Shown here in pieces: positions 1-13,044 of a stretch of 64,000 bases of DNA. How positions within the stretch are numbered: position 1 is the stretch's first letter; every line of letters starts with the position of its first letter. A program made the position numbers and the translations under genes. The notes beneath the pieces are model-generated. The model did not search any database. It had not been told where the DNA came from and saw nothing but the letters and a program-made list of their open reading frames with translations. The stretch comes from Eledone cirrhosa (taxonomy: Eukaryota). The stretch spans positions 251,906,001-251,970,000 of the forward strand of contig OZ024740.1 in assembly GCA_964016885.1 (NCBI GenBank), written 5' to 3'.

Positions 1-2557
1 ATAGCCCCTTGGAGGGCTGGAAATTATCTTCCCTTGGACGGCTGGAAATTATCTCCCCTTAATTTTTTTTACAAATTATCTCCCCCTGATTTTTTTTTAC
101 AAATTATCTCCCCCTGATTTTTTTTTACAAATTATCTCCCCCTGATTTTTTTTTTTACAAATTATCTCCGCCTGATTTTTAAAAAAAAATTATCTCCCCT
201 TGGACGGCTGGAAATTATCTCCCCTTGGACGGCTGGAAATTATCTCCCCTTGGACGGCTAGAAATTACCTCTCCTTGGACGGCTGAAAATTATCTCCCCT
301 TGGACGGCTGCAAATTATCTCCCCTTGATTTTTTTTACAAATTATCTCCCCCTGATTTTTTTTACAAATTATCTCCCCCTGATTTTTTTTACAAATTATC
401 TCCCCCTGATTTTTTTTTACAAATTATCTCCCCCTGATTTTTTTTTACAAATTATCTCCCCCTGATTTTTTTTACAAATTATCTCCCCCTGATTTTTTTT
501 ACAAATTATCTCCCCCTGATTTTTTTTTACAAATTATCTCCCCTTGATTTTTTTTTACAAATTATCTGCCCCTGATTTTTTTTTTACAAATTATCTCCCC
601 CTGATTTTTTTACAAATTATCTCCCCCTGATTTTTTTTACAAATTATCTCCCGCTGATTTTTTTTACAAATTATCTCCCCTTGATTTTTTTTTACAAATT
701 ATCTCCCCTTGATTTTTTTTTACAAATTATCTCCCCCTGATTTTTTTTTTACAAATTATCTCCCCCTGATTTTTTTAAAAATTATCTTCCCTTGGCTGGC
801 GGGAAATTATCTCCCCTTGGACGGCTGGAAATTATCTCCCCTTGGAAGGATGTAAATTATCTCCCCTTGGACGGCTGGAAATTATCTCCCCTTGCACGGC
901 TGGAAATTATCTCCCCTTGATTTTTTTTAGAAATTATCTCCCCCTGATTTTTTTTTACAAAATATCTCCCCCTGATTTTTTTTTACAAATTATCTCCCCC
1001 TGATTTTTTTTACAAATTATCTCCCCCTGATTTTTAAAAAAAAAATTATCTCCCCTTCGCTGGCTGGAAATTATCTCCCCTTGGACGCTGGAAATTATAG
1101 CCCCTTGGAGGGCTGGAAATTATCTTCCCTTGGACGGCTGGAAATTATCTTCCCTTGGACGGCTGGAAATTATCTCCCCTTGATTTTTTTTACAAATTAT
1201 CTCCCCCTGATTTTTTTTTACAAATTATCTCCCCCTGATTTTTTTTAAAAATTATCTACCCCTGATTTTTTTTACAAATTATCTCCCCCTGATTTTTTTT
1301 TACAAATTATCTCCCTCTGATTTTTTTTTACAAATTATCTCCCCCTGATTTTTTTTTTACAAATTATCTCCCCCTGATTTTTTTACAAATTATCTCCCCC
1401 TGATTTTTTTTACAATCTCCGCCTGATTTTTTAAAAAATTATCTTCCCTTGGCTGGCGGGAAATTATCTCCCCTTGGACGGCTGGAAATTATCTCCCCTT
1501 GGACGGCTAGAAATTATCTCTCTTTGGACGGCTGGAAATTATCTCCCCTTGATTTTTTTTACAAATTATCTCCCCCTGATTTTTTTTACAAATTATCCCC
1601 GCATGATTTTTAAAAAAAAAATTATCTCCCCTTCGCTGGCTGGAAATTATCTCCCCTTGGACGCTGGAAATTATAGCCCCTTGGAGGGCTGGAAATTATC
1701 TCCCCTTGGACGGCTGGAAATTATCTCCCCTTGCACTGCTGGAAATTATCTCCCCTTGGACGGCTGGAAATTATCTGCCCTTGATTTTGTTTTTACAAAT
1801 TATCTTCCCCTGATTATTTTTACAAATTATCTCCACCTGATTTTTTAAAAAATTATCTCCCCTTGGACGGCTGGAAATTATCTCCCCTTGGCTGGAAATT
1901 ATCTCCCCTTGGACGGCTAGAAATTATCTCTCTTTGGACGGCTGGAAATTATCTCCCCTTGATTTTTTTTACAAATTATCTCCCCCTGATTTTTTTTACA
2001 AATTATCCCCCCATGATTTTTAAAAAAAAAATTATCTCCCCTTCGCTGGCTGGAAATTATCTCCCCTTGGACGCTGGAAATTATAGCCCCTTGGAGGGCT
2101 GGAAATTATCTTCCCTTGGACGGCTGGAAATTATCTCCCCTTGATTTTTTTTACAAATTATCTCCCCCTGATTTTTTTTTACAAATTATCTCCCCCTGAT
2201 TTTTTTTTTACAAATTATCTCCGCCTGATTTTTTTAAAAAAATTATCTCCCCTTGGACGGCTGGAAATTATCTCCCCTTGGACGGCTGGAAATTATCTCC
2301 CGTTGGACGGCTAGAAATTACCTCTCCTTGGACGGCTGAAAATTATCTCCCCTTGGACGGCTGCAAATTATCTCCCCTTGATTTTTTTTACAAATTATCC
2401 CCCCATGATTTTTAAAAAAAAAATTATCTCCCCTTCGCTGGCTGGAAATTATCTCCCCTTGGACGCTGGAAATTATAGCCCCTTGGAGGGCTGGAAATTA
2501 TCTTCCCTTGGACGGCTGGAAATTATCTCCCCTTGATTTTTTTTACAAATTATCTCC
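1..2557 (+). repeat. Higher-order duplicate of 8579-11135 (offset 8578)
   Basis: Identical pseudo-ORFs at 225/8803, 1474/10052 and 1863/10441 all have offset 8578. The block order is the same. Confidence 0.85.
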
Positions 2558-5500
2558 CCCTGATTTTTTTTTACAAATTATCTCCCCCTGATTTTTTTTT
2601 ACAAATTATCTCCCCCTGATTTTTTTTTTTACAAATTATCTCCGCCTGATTTAAAAAAAAAAATTATCTCCCCTTGGACGGCTGGAAATTATCTCCCCTT
2701 GGACGGCTGGAAATTATCTCCCCTTGGACGGCTAGAAATTACCTCTCCTTGGACGGCTGAAAATTATCTCCCATTGGACGGCTGCAAATTATCTCCCCTT
2801 GATTTTTTTTACAAATTATCTCCCCCTGATTTTTTTTACAAATTATCTCCCCCTGATTTTTTTTTACAAATTATCTCCCCCTGATTTTTTTTTACAAATT
2901 ATCTCCCCCTGATTTTTTTTACAAATTATCTCCCCCTGATTTTTTTTACAAATTATCTCCCCCTGATTTTTTTTTACAAATTATCTCCCCTTGATTTTTT
3001 TTACAAATTATCTCCCCCTGATTTTTTTTTTACAAATTATCTCCCCCTGATTTTTTTACAAATTATCTCCCCCTGATTTTTTTTACAAATTATCTCCCCC
3101 TGATTTTTTTTACAAATTATCTCCCCTTGATTTTTTTTTACAAATTATCTCCCCCTGATTTTTTTTTTACAAATTATCTCCCCCTGATTTTTTTTAAAAT
3201 TATCTTCCCTTGGCTGGCGGGAAATTATCTCCCCTTGGACGGCTGGAAATTATCTCCCCTTGGAAGGATGTAAATTATCTCCCCTTGGACGGCTGGAAAT
3301 TATCTCCCCTTGCACGGCTGGAAATTATCTCCCCTTGATTTTTTTTACAAATTATCTCCCCCTGATTTTTTTTTACAAATTATCTCCCCCTGATTTTTTT
3401 TTACAAATTATCTCCCCCTGATTTTTTTTACAAATTATCTCCCCCTGATTTAAAAAAAAAAAATTATCTCCTCTTCGCTGGCTGGAAATTATCTCCCCTT
3501 GGACGCTGGAAATTATAGCCCCTTGGAGGGCTGGAAATTATCTTCCCTTGGACGGCTGGAAATTATCTTCCCTTGGACGGCTGGAAATTATCTCCCCTTG
3601 ATTTTTTTTACAAATTATCTCCCCCTGATTTTTTTTTACAAATTATCTCCCCCTGATTTTTTTTTACAAATTATCTCCCCCTGATTTTTTTTTTACAAAT
3701 TATCTCCGCTTGATTTTTAAAAAAAAATTATCTCCCCTTGGACGGCTGGAAATTATCTCCCCTTGGACGGCTGGAAATTATCTCCCCTTGGACGGCTAGA
3801 AATTATCTCTCCTTGGACGGCTGAAAATTATCTCCCCTTGGACGGCTGCAAATTATCTCCCCTTGATTTATTTTACAAATTATCTCCCCCTGATTTTTTT
3901 TTACAAATTATCTCCCCCTCATTTTTTTTACAAATTATCTACCCCTGATTTTTTTTACAAATTATCTCCCCCTGATTTTGTTTTACAAATTATCTCCCTC
4001 TGATTTTTTTTTACAAATTATCTCCCCCTGATTTTTTTTTTACAAATTATCTCCCCCTGATTTTTTTAAAAATTATCTCCCCCTGATTTTTTTACAATCT
4101 CCGCCTGATTTTTTTAAAAATTATCTTGCCTTGGCTGGCGGGAAATTATCTTCCCTTGGACGGCTGGAAATTATCTCCCCTTGGAAGGATGGAAATTATC
4201 TCCCCTTGGACGGCTGGAAATTATCTCCCCTTGCACGGCTGGAAATTATCTCCCCTTGGCTGGAAATTATCTCCCCTTGGACGGCTAGAAATTATCTCTC
4301 TTTGGACGGCTGGAAATTATGTCCCTTTGATTTTTTTTATAAATTATCTACCTCTGATATTTTTTACAAATCTCCCCCTGATTTTTTAAAAAAAATTATC
4401 TCCCCTTCGCTGGCTGGAAATTATCTCCCCTTGGACACTGGAAATTATAGCCCCTTGGAGGGCTGGAAATTATCTTCCCTTGGACGGCTGGAAATTATCT
4501 CCCCTTGATTTTTTTTACAAATTATCTCCGCCTGATTTTTTTTAAAAATTATCTCTCCTTGGACGGCTGGAAATTATCTCCCCTTGATTTTTTTTACAAA
4601 TTATCTCCCCCTGATTTTTTTTTACAAATTATCTCCCCCTAATTTTTTTTTACAAATTATCTACCCCTGATTTTTTTTACAAATTATCTCCCCCTGATTT
4701 TTTTTACAAATTATCTCCCCCTGATTTTTCTTTTACAAATTATCTCCCCCTGATTTTTTTACAAATTATCTCCCCCTGATTTTTTTTACAAATTATCTCC
4801 GCCTGATTTTTTTAAATATTATCTTCCCTTGGCTGGCGGGAAATTATCTCCCCTTGGACGGCTGGAAATTATCTGCCCTTGATTTTGTTTTTACAAATTA
4901 TCTTCCACTGATTTTTTTTACAAATTATCTCCACCTGATTTTTTAAAAAAATTATCTCCCCTTGGAAGGTTGGAAATTATCTCCCCTTGGACGGCTAGAA
5001 ATTATCTCTCTTTGGACGGCTGGAAATTATCTCCCCTTGATTTTTTTTACAAATTATCTCCCCCTGATTTTTTTTACAAATATCCCAGTGATTTTTTTTA
5101 AAAAATTATCTCCCCTTCGCTGGCTGGAAATTATCTCCCCTTGGACGCTGGAAATTATAGCCCCTTGGAGGGCTGGAAATTATCTTCCCTTGGACGGCTG
5201 GAAATTATCTCCCCTTGATTTTTTTTACAAATTATCTCCCCCTGATTTTTTTTTCAAATTGTCTCCCCCTGATTTTTTTTTACAAATTATCTCCCCCTGA
5301 TTTTTTTTTACAACTTATCTCCGCCTGATTTTTTTTAAAAAATCATCTCCCCTTGGACGGCTGGAAATTATCTCCCCTTGGACGGCTGGAAATTATCTCT
5401 CCTTGGACGGCTAGAAATTACCTCTCCTTGGACAATTGAAAATTATCTCCCCTTGGACGGCTGGAAATTATCTCCCCTTGATTTATTTTACAAATTATCT

Positions 5501-8500
5501 CCCCCTGATTTTTTTTACAAATTATCTCCCCTGATTTTTTTTTACAAATTATCTCCCCCTGATTTTTTTTTACAAATTATCTCCCCCTGATTTTTTTTAC
5601 AAATTATCTCCCCCTGATTTTTTTACAAATTATCTCCCCTTGGCTGGCTGGAAATTATCTCCCCTTGGAGGCAGGAATTTATCTCCCCTTGGACGGGTAG
5701 AAATTACCTCTCCTTGGACGGCTGGAAAATATGTCTCCTTGGACGGCTGGAAATTATCTCCCCTTGGACGGCTGGAAATTATCTCCCCTTGGACGGCTGG
5801 AAATTATCTCCCCTTGGACGGCTAGAAATTACTTCTCCTTGGACGGCTGAAAATTATCTCCCCTTGGACGGCTGGAAATTATCTCCCCTTGATTTTTTTA
5901 CAAATTATCTCCCCCTGATTTTTTTTACAAATTATCTCCCCCTGATTTTTTTTACAAATTATCTCCCCCTGATTTTTTTTACAAATTATCTCCCCCTGAT
6001 TTTTTTTACAAATTATCTCCGCCTGATTTTTTTAAATATTATCTCTCCTTGGCTGGCGGGAAATTATCTCCCCTTGGACGGCTGCAAATTATCTCCGCTT
6101 GATTTTTTTTACAAATTATCTCCCCCTGATTTTTTTTTAAAAATTATCTCCCCCTGATTTTTTTTACAAATTATCTCCCCTGATTTTTTTTTACAAATTA
6201 TCTCCCCCTGATTTTTTTTTACAAATTATCTCCCCCTGATTTTTTTTTTACAAATTATCTCCCCCTGATTTTTTTACAAATTATCTCCCCCTGATTTTTT
6301 TTACAATCTCCGCCTGATTTTTTTAAAAATTATCTTCCCTTGGCTGGCGGGAAATTATCTCCCCTTGGACGGCTGGAAATTATCTCCCCTTGGAAGGATG
6401 GAAATTATCTCCCCTTGGACGGCTGGAAATTATCTCCCCTTGCACGGCTGGAAATTATCTCCCCTTGGCTGGAAATTATCTCCCCTTGGACGGCTAGAAA
6501 TTATCTCTCTTTGGATGGCTGGAAATTATCTCCCTTTGATTTTTTTTACAAATTATCTCCCTCTGATTTTTTTTACAAATCTCCCCCTGATTTTTTTTTA
6601 CAAATTATCTCCCCCTGATTTTTTTTACAAACTATCTCCCCCTGATTTTTTTACAAATTATCTCCCCTTGGCTGGCTGGAAATTATCTCCCCTTGGAGGC
6701 TGGAATTTATCTCCCCTTGGACGGCTAGAAATTACCTCTCCTTGGACGGCTGGAAAATATGTCTCCTTGGACGGCTGGAAATTATCTCCCCTTGGACGGC
6801 TGGAAATTACCTCTCCTTGGACGGCTGAAAATTATCTCCCCTTGGACGGCTGGAAATTATCTCCCCTTGATTTTTTTACAAATTATCTCCCCCTGATTTT
6901 TTTTTTACAAATTATCTCCCCCTGATTTTTTTTACAAATTATCTACGCCTGATTTTTTTAAATATTATCTCTCCTTGGCTGGCGGGAAATTATCTCCCCT
7001 TGGACGGCTGGAAATTATCTCCCCTTGGAAGGATGGAAATTATCTCCCCTTGGACGGCTGGAAATTATCTCCCCTTGCACTGCTGGAAATTATCTCCCCT
7101 TGGACGGCTGGAAATTATCTGCCCTTGATTTTGTTTTTACAAATTATCTTCCCCTGATTATTTTTACAAATTATCTCCACCTGATTTTTTAAAAAATTAT
7201 CTCCCCTTGGACGGCTGGAAATTATCTCCCCTTGGCTGGAAATTATCTCCCCTTGGACGGCTAGAAATTATCTCTCTTTGGACGGCTGGAAATTATCTCC
7301 CCTTGATTTTTTTTACAAATTATCTCCCCCTGATTTTTTTTACAAATTATCCCCCCATGATTTAAAAAAAAAAAATTATCTCCCCTTCGCTGGCTGGAAA
7401 TTATCTCCCCTTGGACGCTGGAAATTATAGCCCCTTGGAGGGCTGGAAATTATCTTCCCTTGGACGGCTGGAAATTATCTCCCCTTGATTTTTTTTACAA
7501 ATTATCTCCCCCTGATTTTTTTTTACAAATTATCTCCCCCTGATTTTTTTTTTACAAATTATCTCCGCCTGATTTTTTTAAAAAAATTATCTCCCCTTGG
7601 ACGGCTGGAAATTATCTCCCCTTGGACGGCTGGAAATTATCTCCCGTTGGACGGCTAGAAATTACCTCTCCTTGGACGGCTGAAAATTATCTCCCCTTGG
7701 ACGGCTGCAAATTATCTCCCCTTGATTTTTTTTACAAATTATCCCCCCATGATTTTTAAAAAAAAAATTATCTCCCCTTCGCTGGCTGGAAATTATCTCC
7801 CCTTGGACGCTGGAAATTATAGCCCCTTGGAGGGCTGGAAATTATCTTCCCTTGGACGGCTGGAAATTATCTCCCCTTGATTTTTTTTACAAATTATCTC
7901 CCTCTGATTTTTTTTTACAAATTATCTCCCACTGATTTTTTTTTACAAATTATCTCCCCCTGATTTTTTTTTTACAAATTATCTCCGCGTGATTTTTTTA
8001 AAAAAATTATCTCCCCTTGGACGGCTGGAAATTATCTCCCCTTGGACGGCTGGAAATTATCTCGCCTTGGACGGCTAGAAATTACCTCTCCTTGGACGGC
8101 TGAAAATTATCTCCCCTTGGACGGCTGCAAATTATCTCCCCTTGATTTTTTTTACAAATTATCTCCCCCTGATTTTTTTTACAAATTATCTCCCCCTGAT
8201 TTTTTTTACAAATTATCTCCCCCTGATTTTTTTTTACAAATTATCTCCCCCTGATTTTTTTTCCAAATTATCTCCCCCTGATTTTTTTTACAAATTATCT
8301 CCCCCTGATTTTTTTTACAAATTATCTCCCCCTGATTTTTTTTACAATCTCCGCCTGATTTTTTAAAAAATTATCTTCCCTTGGCTGGCGGGAAATTATC
8401 TCCCCTTGGACGGCTAGAAATTATCTCTCTTTGGACGGCTGGAAATTATCTCCCCTTGATTTTTTTTACAAATTATCTCCCCCTGATTTTTTTTACAAAT

Positions 8501-11500
8501 TATCCCCGCATGATTTTTAAAAAAAAATTATCTCCCCTTCGCTGGCTGGAAATTATCTCCCCTTGGACGCTGGAAATTATAGCCCCTTGGAGGGCTGGAA
8601 ATTATCTTCCCTTGGACGGCTGGAAATTATCTCCCCTTAATTTTTTTTACAAATTATCTCCCCCTGATTTTTTTTTACAAATTATCTCCCCCTGATTTTT
8701 TTTTACAAATTATCTCCCCCTGATTTTTTTTTTTACAAATTATCTCCGCCTGATTTTTAAAAAAAAATTATCTCCCCTTGGACGGCTGGAAATTATCTCC
8801 CCTTGGACGGCTGGAAATTATCTCCCCTTGGACGGCTAGAAATTACCTCTCCTTGGACGGCTGAAAATTATCTCCCCTTGGACGGCTGCAAATTATCTCC
8901 CCTTGATTTTTTTTACAAATTATCTCCCCCTGATTTTTTTTACAAATTATCTCCCCCTGATTTTTTTTACAAATTATCTCCCCCTGATTTTTTTTTACAA
9001 ATTATCTCCCCCTGATTTTTTTTTACAAATTATCTCCCCCTGATTTTTTTTACAAATTATCTCCCCCTGATTTTTTTTACAAATTATCTCCCCCTGATTT
9101 TTTTTTACAAATTATCTCCCCTTGATTTTTTTTTACAAATTATCTGCCCCTGATTTTTTTTTTACAAATTATCTCCCCCTGATTTTTTTACAAATTATCT
9201 CCCCCTGATTTTTTTTACAAATTATCTCCCGCTGATTTTTTTTACAAATTATCTCCCCTTGATTTTTTTTTACAAATTATCTCCCCTTGATTTTTTTTTA
9301 CAAATTATCTCCCCCTGATTTTTTTTTTACAAATTATCTCCCCCTGATTTTTTTAAAAATTATCTTCCCTTGGCTGGCGGGAAATTATCTCCCCTTGGAC
9401 GGCTGGAAATTATCTCCCCTTGGAAGGATGTAAATTATCTCCCCTTGGACGGCTGGAAATTATCTCCCCTTGCACGGCTGGAAATTATCTCCCCTTGATT
9501 TTTTTTAGAAATTATCTCCCCCTGATTTTTTTTTACAAATTATCTCCCCCTGATTTTTTTTTACAAATTATCTCCCCCTGATTTTTTTTACAAATTATCT
9601 CCCCCTGATTTTTAAAAAAAAAATTATCTCCCCTTCGCTGGCTGGAAATTATCTCCCCTTGGACGCTGGAAATTATAGCCCCTTGGAGGGCTGGAAATTA
9701 TCTTCCCTTGGACGGCTGGAAATTATCTTCCCTTGGACGGCTGGAAATTATCTCCCCTTGATTTTTTTTACAAATTATCTCCCCCTGATTTTTTTTTACA
9801 AATTATCTCCCCCTGATTTTTTTTAAAAATTATCTACCCCTGATTTTTTTTACAAATTATCTCCCCCTGATTTTTTTTTACAAATTATCTCCCCTTGATT
9901 TTTTTTTACAAATTATCTCCCCCTGATTTTTTTTTTACAAATTATCTCCCCCTGATTTTTTTACAAATTATCTCCCCCTGATTTTTTTTACAATCTCCGC
10001 CTGATTTTTTAAAAAATTATCTTCCCTTGGCTGGCGGGAAATTATCTCCCCTTGGACGGCTGGAAATTATCTCCCCTTGGACGGCTAGAAATTATCTCTC
10101 TTTGGACGGCTGGAAATTATCTCCCCTTGATTTTTTTTACAAATTATCTCCCCCTGATTTTTTTTACAAATTATCCCCGCATGATTTTTAAAAAAAAAAT
10201 TATCTCCCCTTCGCTGGCTGGAAATTATCTCCCCTTGGACGCTGGAAATTATAGCCCCTTGGAGGGCTGGAAATTATCTCCCCTTGGACGGCTGGAAATT
10301 ATCTCCCCTTGCACTGCTGGAAATTATCTCCCCTTGGACGGCTGGAAATTATCTGCCCTTGATTTTGTTTTTACAAATTATCTTCCCCTGATTATTTTTA
10401 CAAATTATCTCCACCTGATTTTTTAAAAAATTATCTCCCCTTGGACGGCTGGAAATTATCTCCCCTTGGCTGGAAATTATCTCCCCTTGGACGGCTAGAA
10501 ATTATCTCTCTTTGGACGGCTGGAAATTATCTCCCCTTGATTTTTTTTACAAATTATCTCCCCCTGATTTTTTTTACAAATTATCCCCCCATGATTTTTA
10601 AAAAAAAAATTATCTCCCCTTCGCTGGCTGGAAATTATCTCCCCTTGGACGCTGGAAATTATAGCCCCTTGGAGGGCTGGAAATTATCTTCCCTTGGACG
10701 GCTGGAAATTATCTCCCCTTGATTTTTTTTACAAATTATCTCCCCCTGATTTTTTTTTACAAATTATCTCCCCCTGATTTTTTTTTTACAAATTATCTCC
10801 GCCTGATTTTTTTAAAAAAATTATCTCCCCTTGGACGGCTGGAAATTATCTCCCCTTGGACGGCTGGAAATTATCTCCCGTTGGACGGCTAGAAATTACC
10901 TCTCCTTGGACGGCTGAAAATTATCTCCCCTTGGACGGCTGCAAATTATCTCCCCTTGATTTTTTTTACAAATTATCCCCCCATGATTTTTAAAAAAAAA
11001 ATTATCTCCCCTTCGCTGGCTGGAAATTATCTCCCCTTGGACGCTGGAAATTATAGCCCCTTGGAGGGCTGGAAATTATCTTCCCTTGGACGGCTGGAAA
11101 TTATCTCCCCTTGATTTTTTTTACAAATTATCTCCCTCTGATTTTTTTTTACAAATTATCTCCCACTGATTTTTTTTTACAAATTATCTCCCCCTGATTT
11201 TTTTTTTACAAATTATCTCCGCGTGATTTTTTTAAAAAAATTATCTCCCCTTGGACGGCTGGAAATTATCTCCCCTTGGACGGCTGGAAATTATCTCGCC
11301 TTGGACGGCTAGAAATTACCTCTCCTTGGACGGCTGAAAATTATCTCCCCTTGGACGGCTGCAAATTATCTCCCCTTGATTTTTTTTACAAATTATCTCC
11401 CCCTGATTTTTTTTACAAATTATCTCCCCCTGATTTTTTTTACAAATTATCTCCCCCTGATTTTTTTTTACAAATTATCTCCCCCTGATTTTTTTTCCAA

Positions 11501-12602
11501 ATTATCTCCCCCTGATTTTTTTTACAAATTATCTCCCCCTGATTTTTTTTACAAATTATCTCCCCCTGATTTTTTTTACAATCTCCGCCTGATTTTTTAA
11601 AAAATTATCTTCCCTTGGCTGGCGGGAAATTATCTCCCCTTGGACGGCTGGAAATTATCTCCCCTTGGACGGCTAGAAATTATCTCTCTTTGGACGGCTG
11701 GAAATTATCTCCCCTTGATTTTTTTTACAAATTATCTCCCCCTGATTTTTTTTACAAATTATCCCCGCATGATTTTTAAAAAAAAATTATCTCCCCTTCG
11801 CTGGCTGGAAATTATCTCCCCTTGGACGCTGGAAATTATAGCCCCTTGGAGGGCTGGAAATTATCTTCCCTTGGACGGCTGGAAATTATCTCCCCTTAAT
11901 TTTTTTTACAAATTATCTCCCCCTGATTTTTTTTTACAAATTATCTCCCCCTGATTTTTTTTTACAAATTATCTCCCCCTGATTTTTTTTTTTACAAATT
12001 ATCTCCGCCTGATTTTTAAAAAAAAATTATCTCCCCTTGGACGGCTGGAAATTATCTCCCCTTGGACGGCTGGAAATTATCTCCCCTTGGACGGCTAGAA
12101 ATTACCTCTCCTTGGACGGCTGAAAATTATCTCCCCTTGGACGGCTGCAAATTATCTCCCCTTGATTTTTTTTACAAATTATCTCCCCCTGATTTTTTTT
12201 ACAAATTATCTCCCCCTGATTTTTTTTACAAATTATCTCCCCCTGATTTTTTTTTACAAATTATCTCCCCCTGATTTTTTTTTACAAATTATCTCCCCCT
12301 GATTTTTTTTACAAATTATCTCCCCCTGATTTTTTTTACAAATTATCTCCCCCTGATTTTTTTTTACAAATTATCTACCCTTGATTTTTTTTTACAAATT
12401 ATCTGCCCCTGATTTTTTTTTTACAAATTATCTCCCCCTGATTTTTTTACAAATTATCTCCCCCTGATTTTTTTTACAAATTATCTCCCGCTGATTTTTT
12501 TTACAAATTATCTCCCCTTGATTTTTTTTTACAAATTATCTCCCCTTGATTTTTTTTTACAAATTATCTCCCCCTGATTTTTTTTTTACAAATTATCTCC
12601 CC
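2404..12602 (+). repeat. ~10.2-kb segment duplicated at ~17079-27277 (offset 14673-14675)
   Basis: About 15 pseudo-ORF pairs share this offset (3499/18172 through 12062/26737). Shared rare variants include CTCCCATTGG, CTCCTCTTCG, CTTGCCTTGG, GAAGGTTGG and ACGGGTAG. Confidence 0.92.
7040..12602 (+). repeat. Near-tandem ~3.25-kb higher-order unit (offset 3234, then 3259 after one extra A monomer); second copy cut by the island
   Basis: GCACTGCTGG at 7077/10311; pseudo-ORFs 8042/11276 (3234) and 8803/12062 (3259). Confidence 0.82.
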
Positions 12603-12752
12603 TTGGCCGGCTGGAAATTATCTCCTCTTGGCCGGCTGGATATTATCTCCCCTTGGCTGCTGGATATTATCTCCCCTTGGCCAGCTGGAAATTATCTCCA
12701 CTTGGCCGGCTGCAAATTATCTCCTTTTGGCCAGCTGGAAATTATCTCCCCT

Positions 12753-13044
12753 AAATTAAATTAAATTAAATCAAATTAATTAAATTAATTAATTAATTGA
12801 TTATATTTTTTTTATTTTATTTATTTTAATTTTTTTTTTAATTACGTTATTAATTAATTAATTAATTATGTAAATTGATTTTATTTTAATTTAATGTAAT
12901 TTAATTTAATTTAATTTACTTTAATTCAATTTAATTTAATTTTATTTAATTTTATTTTATTTTATTTAAAAAACAAAACGAAACCGGGGCACCTAAAAAA
13001 ACAAACGAAAAGAAACCGGGGAACCTAAAAAATCGAACGAAATG
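12753..13044. repeat. AT-rich spacer, copy 1 (292 bp): (AAATT)n/(AATT)n/(AATTT)n low-complexity tract followed by A-rich direct repeats
   Basis: About 9 G/C bases in 12753-12970. It is clearly homologous to 13634-13937. Confidence 0.93.
12968..13044 (+). repeat. About 2.5 copies of a ~32-bp degenerate direct repeat (A6-7 CAAA..GAAACCGGGGNACCT)
   Basis: GAAACCGGGG occurs at 12980 and 13012, followed by CACCT or AACCT and then an A-run. A third partial copy is AAAAAATCGAACGAAATG. The same structure is at 13861-13937. Confidence 0.85.

Noticed and set aside
312-780. Phased T-tracts causing intrinsic curvature, or poly-T terminators
   Set aside because: The 27-28 bp period is about 2.6 turns, so successive main tracts are largely out of phase. 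There are no GC hairpins or genes upstream to define terminators.
793-803. Chi-like GCTGGCGG (7/8 match to E. coli Chi GCTGGTGG) and GGAGGCAGGA (~5667), resembling the human minisatellite core
   Set aside because: These are short imperfect matches readily derived from the monomer by 1-2 substitutions. There is no reason to invoke RecBCD or minisatellite biology.
12753-13044. Point-centromere CDEII-like or mitochondrial control-region (NUMT) origin of the AT spacer
   Set aside because: The only support is AT content and a CCG-containing box. There is no CDEI (RTCACRTG), no recognisable CDEIII, and no flanking tRNA or mitochondrial gene fragments.
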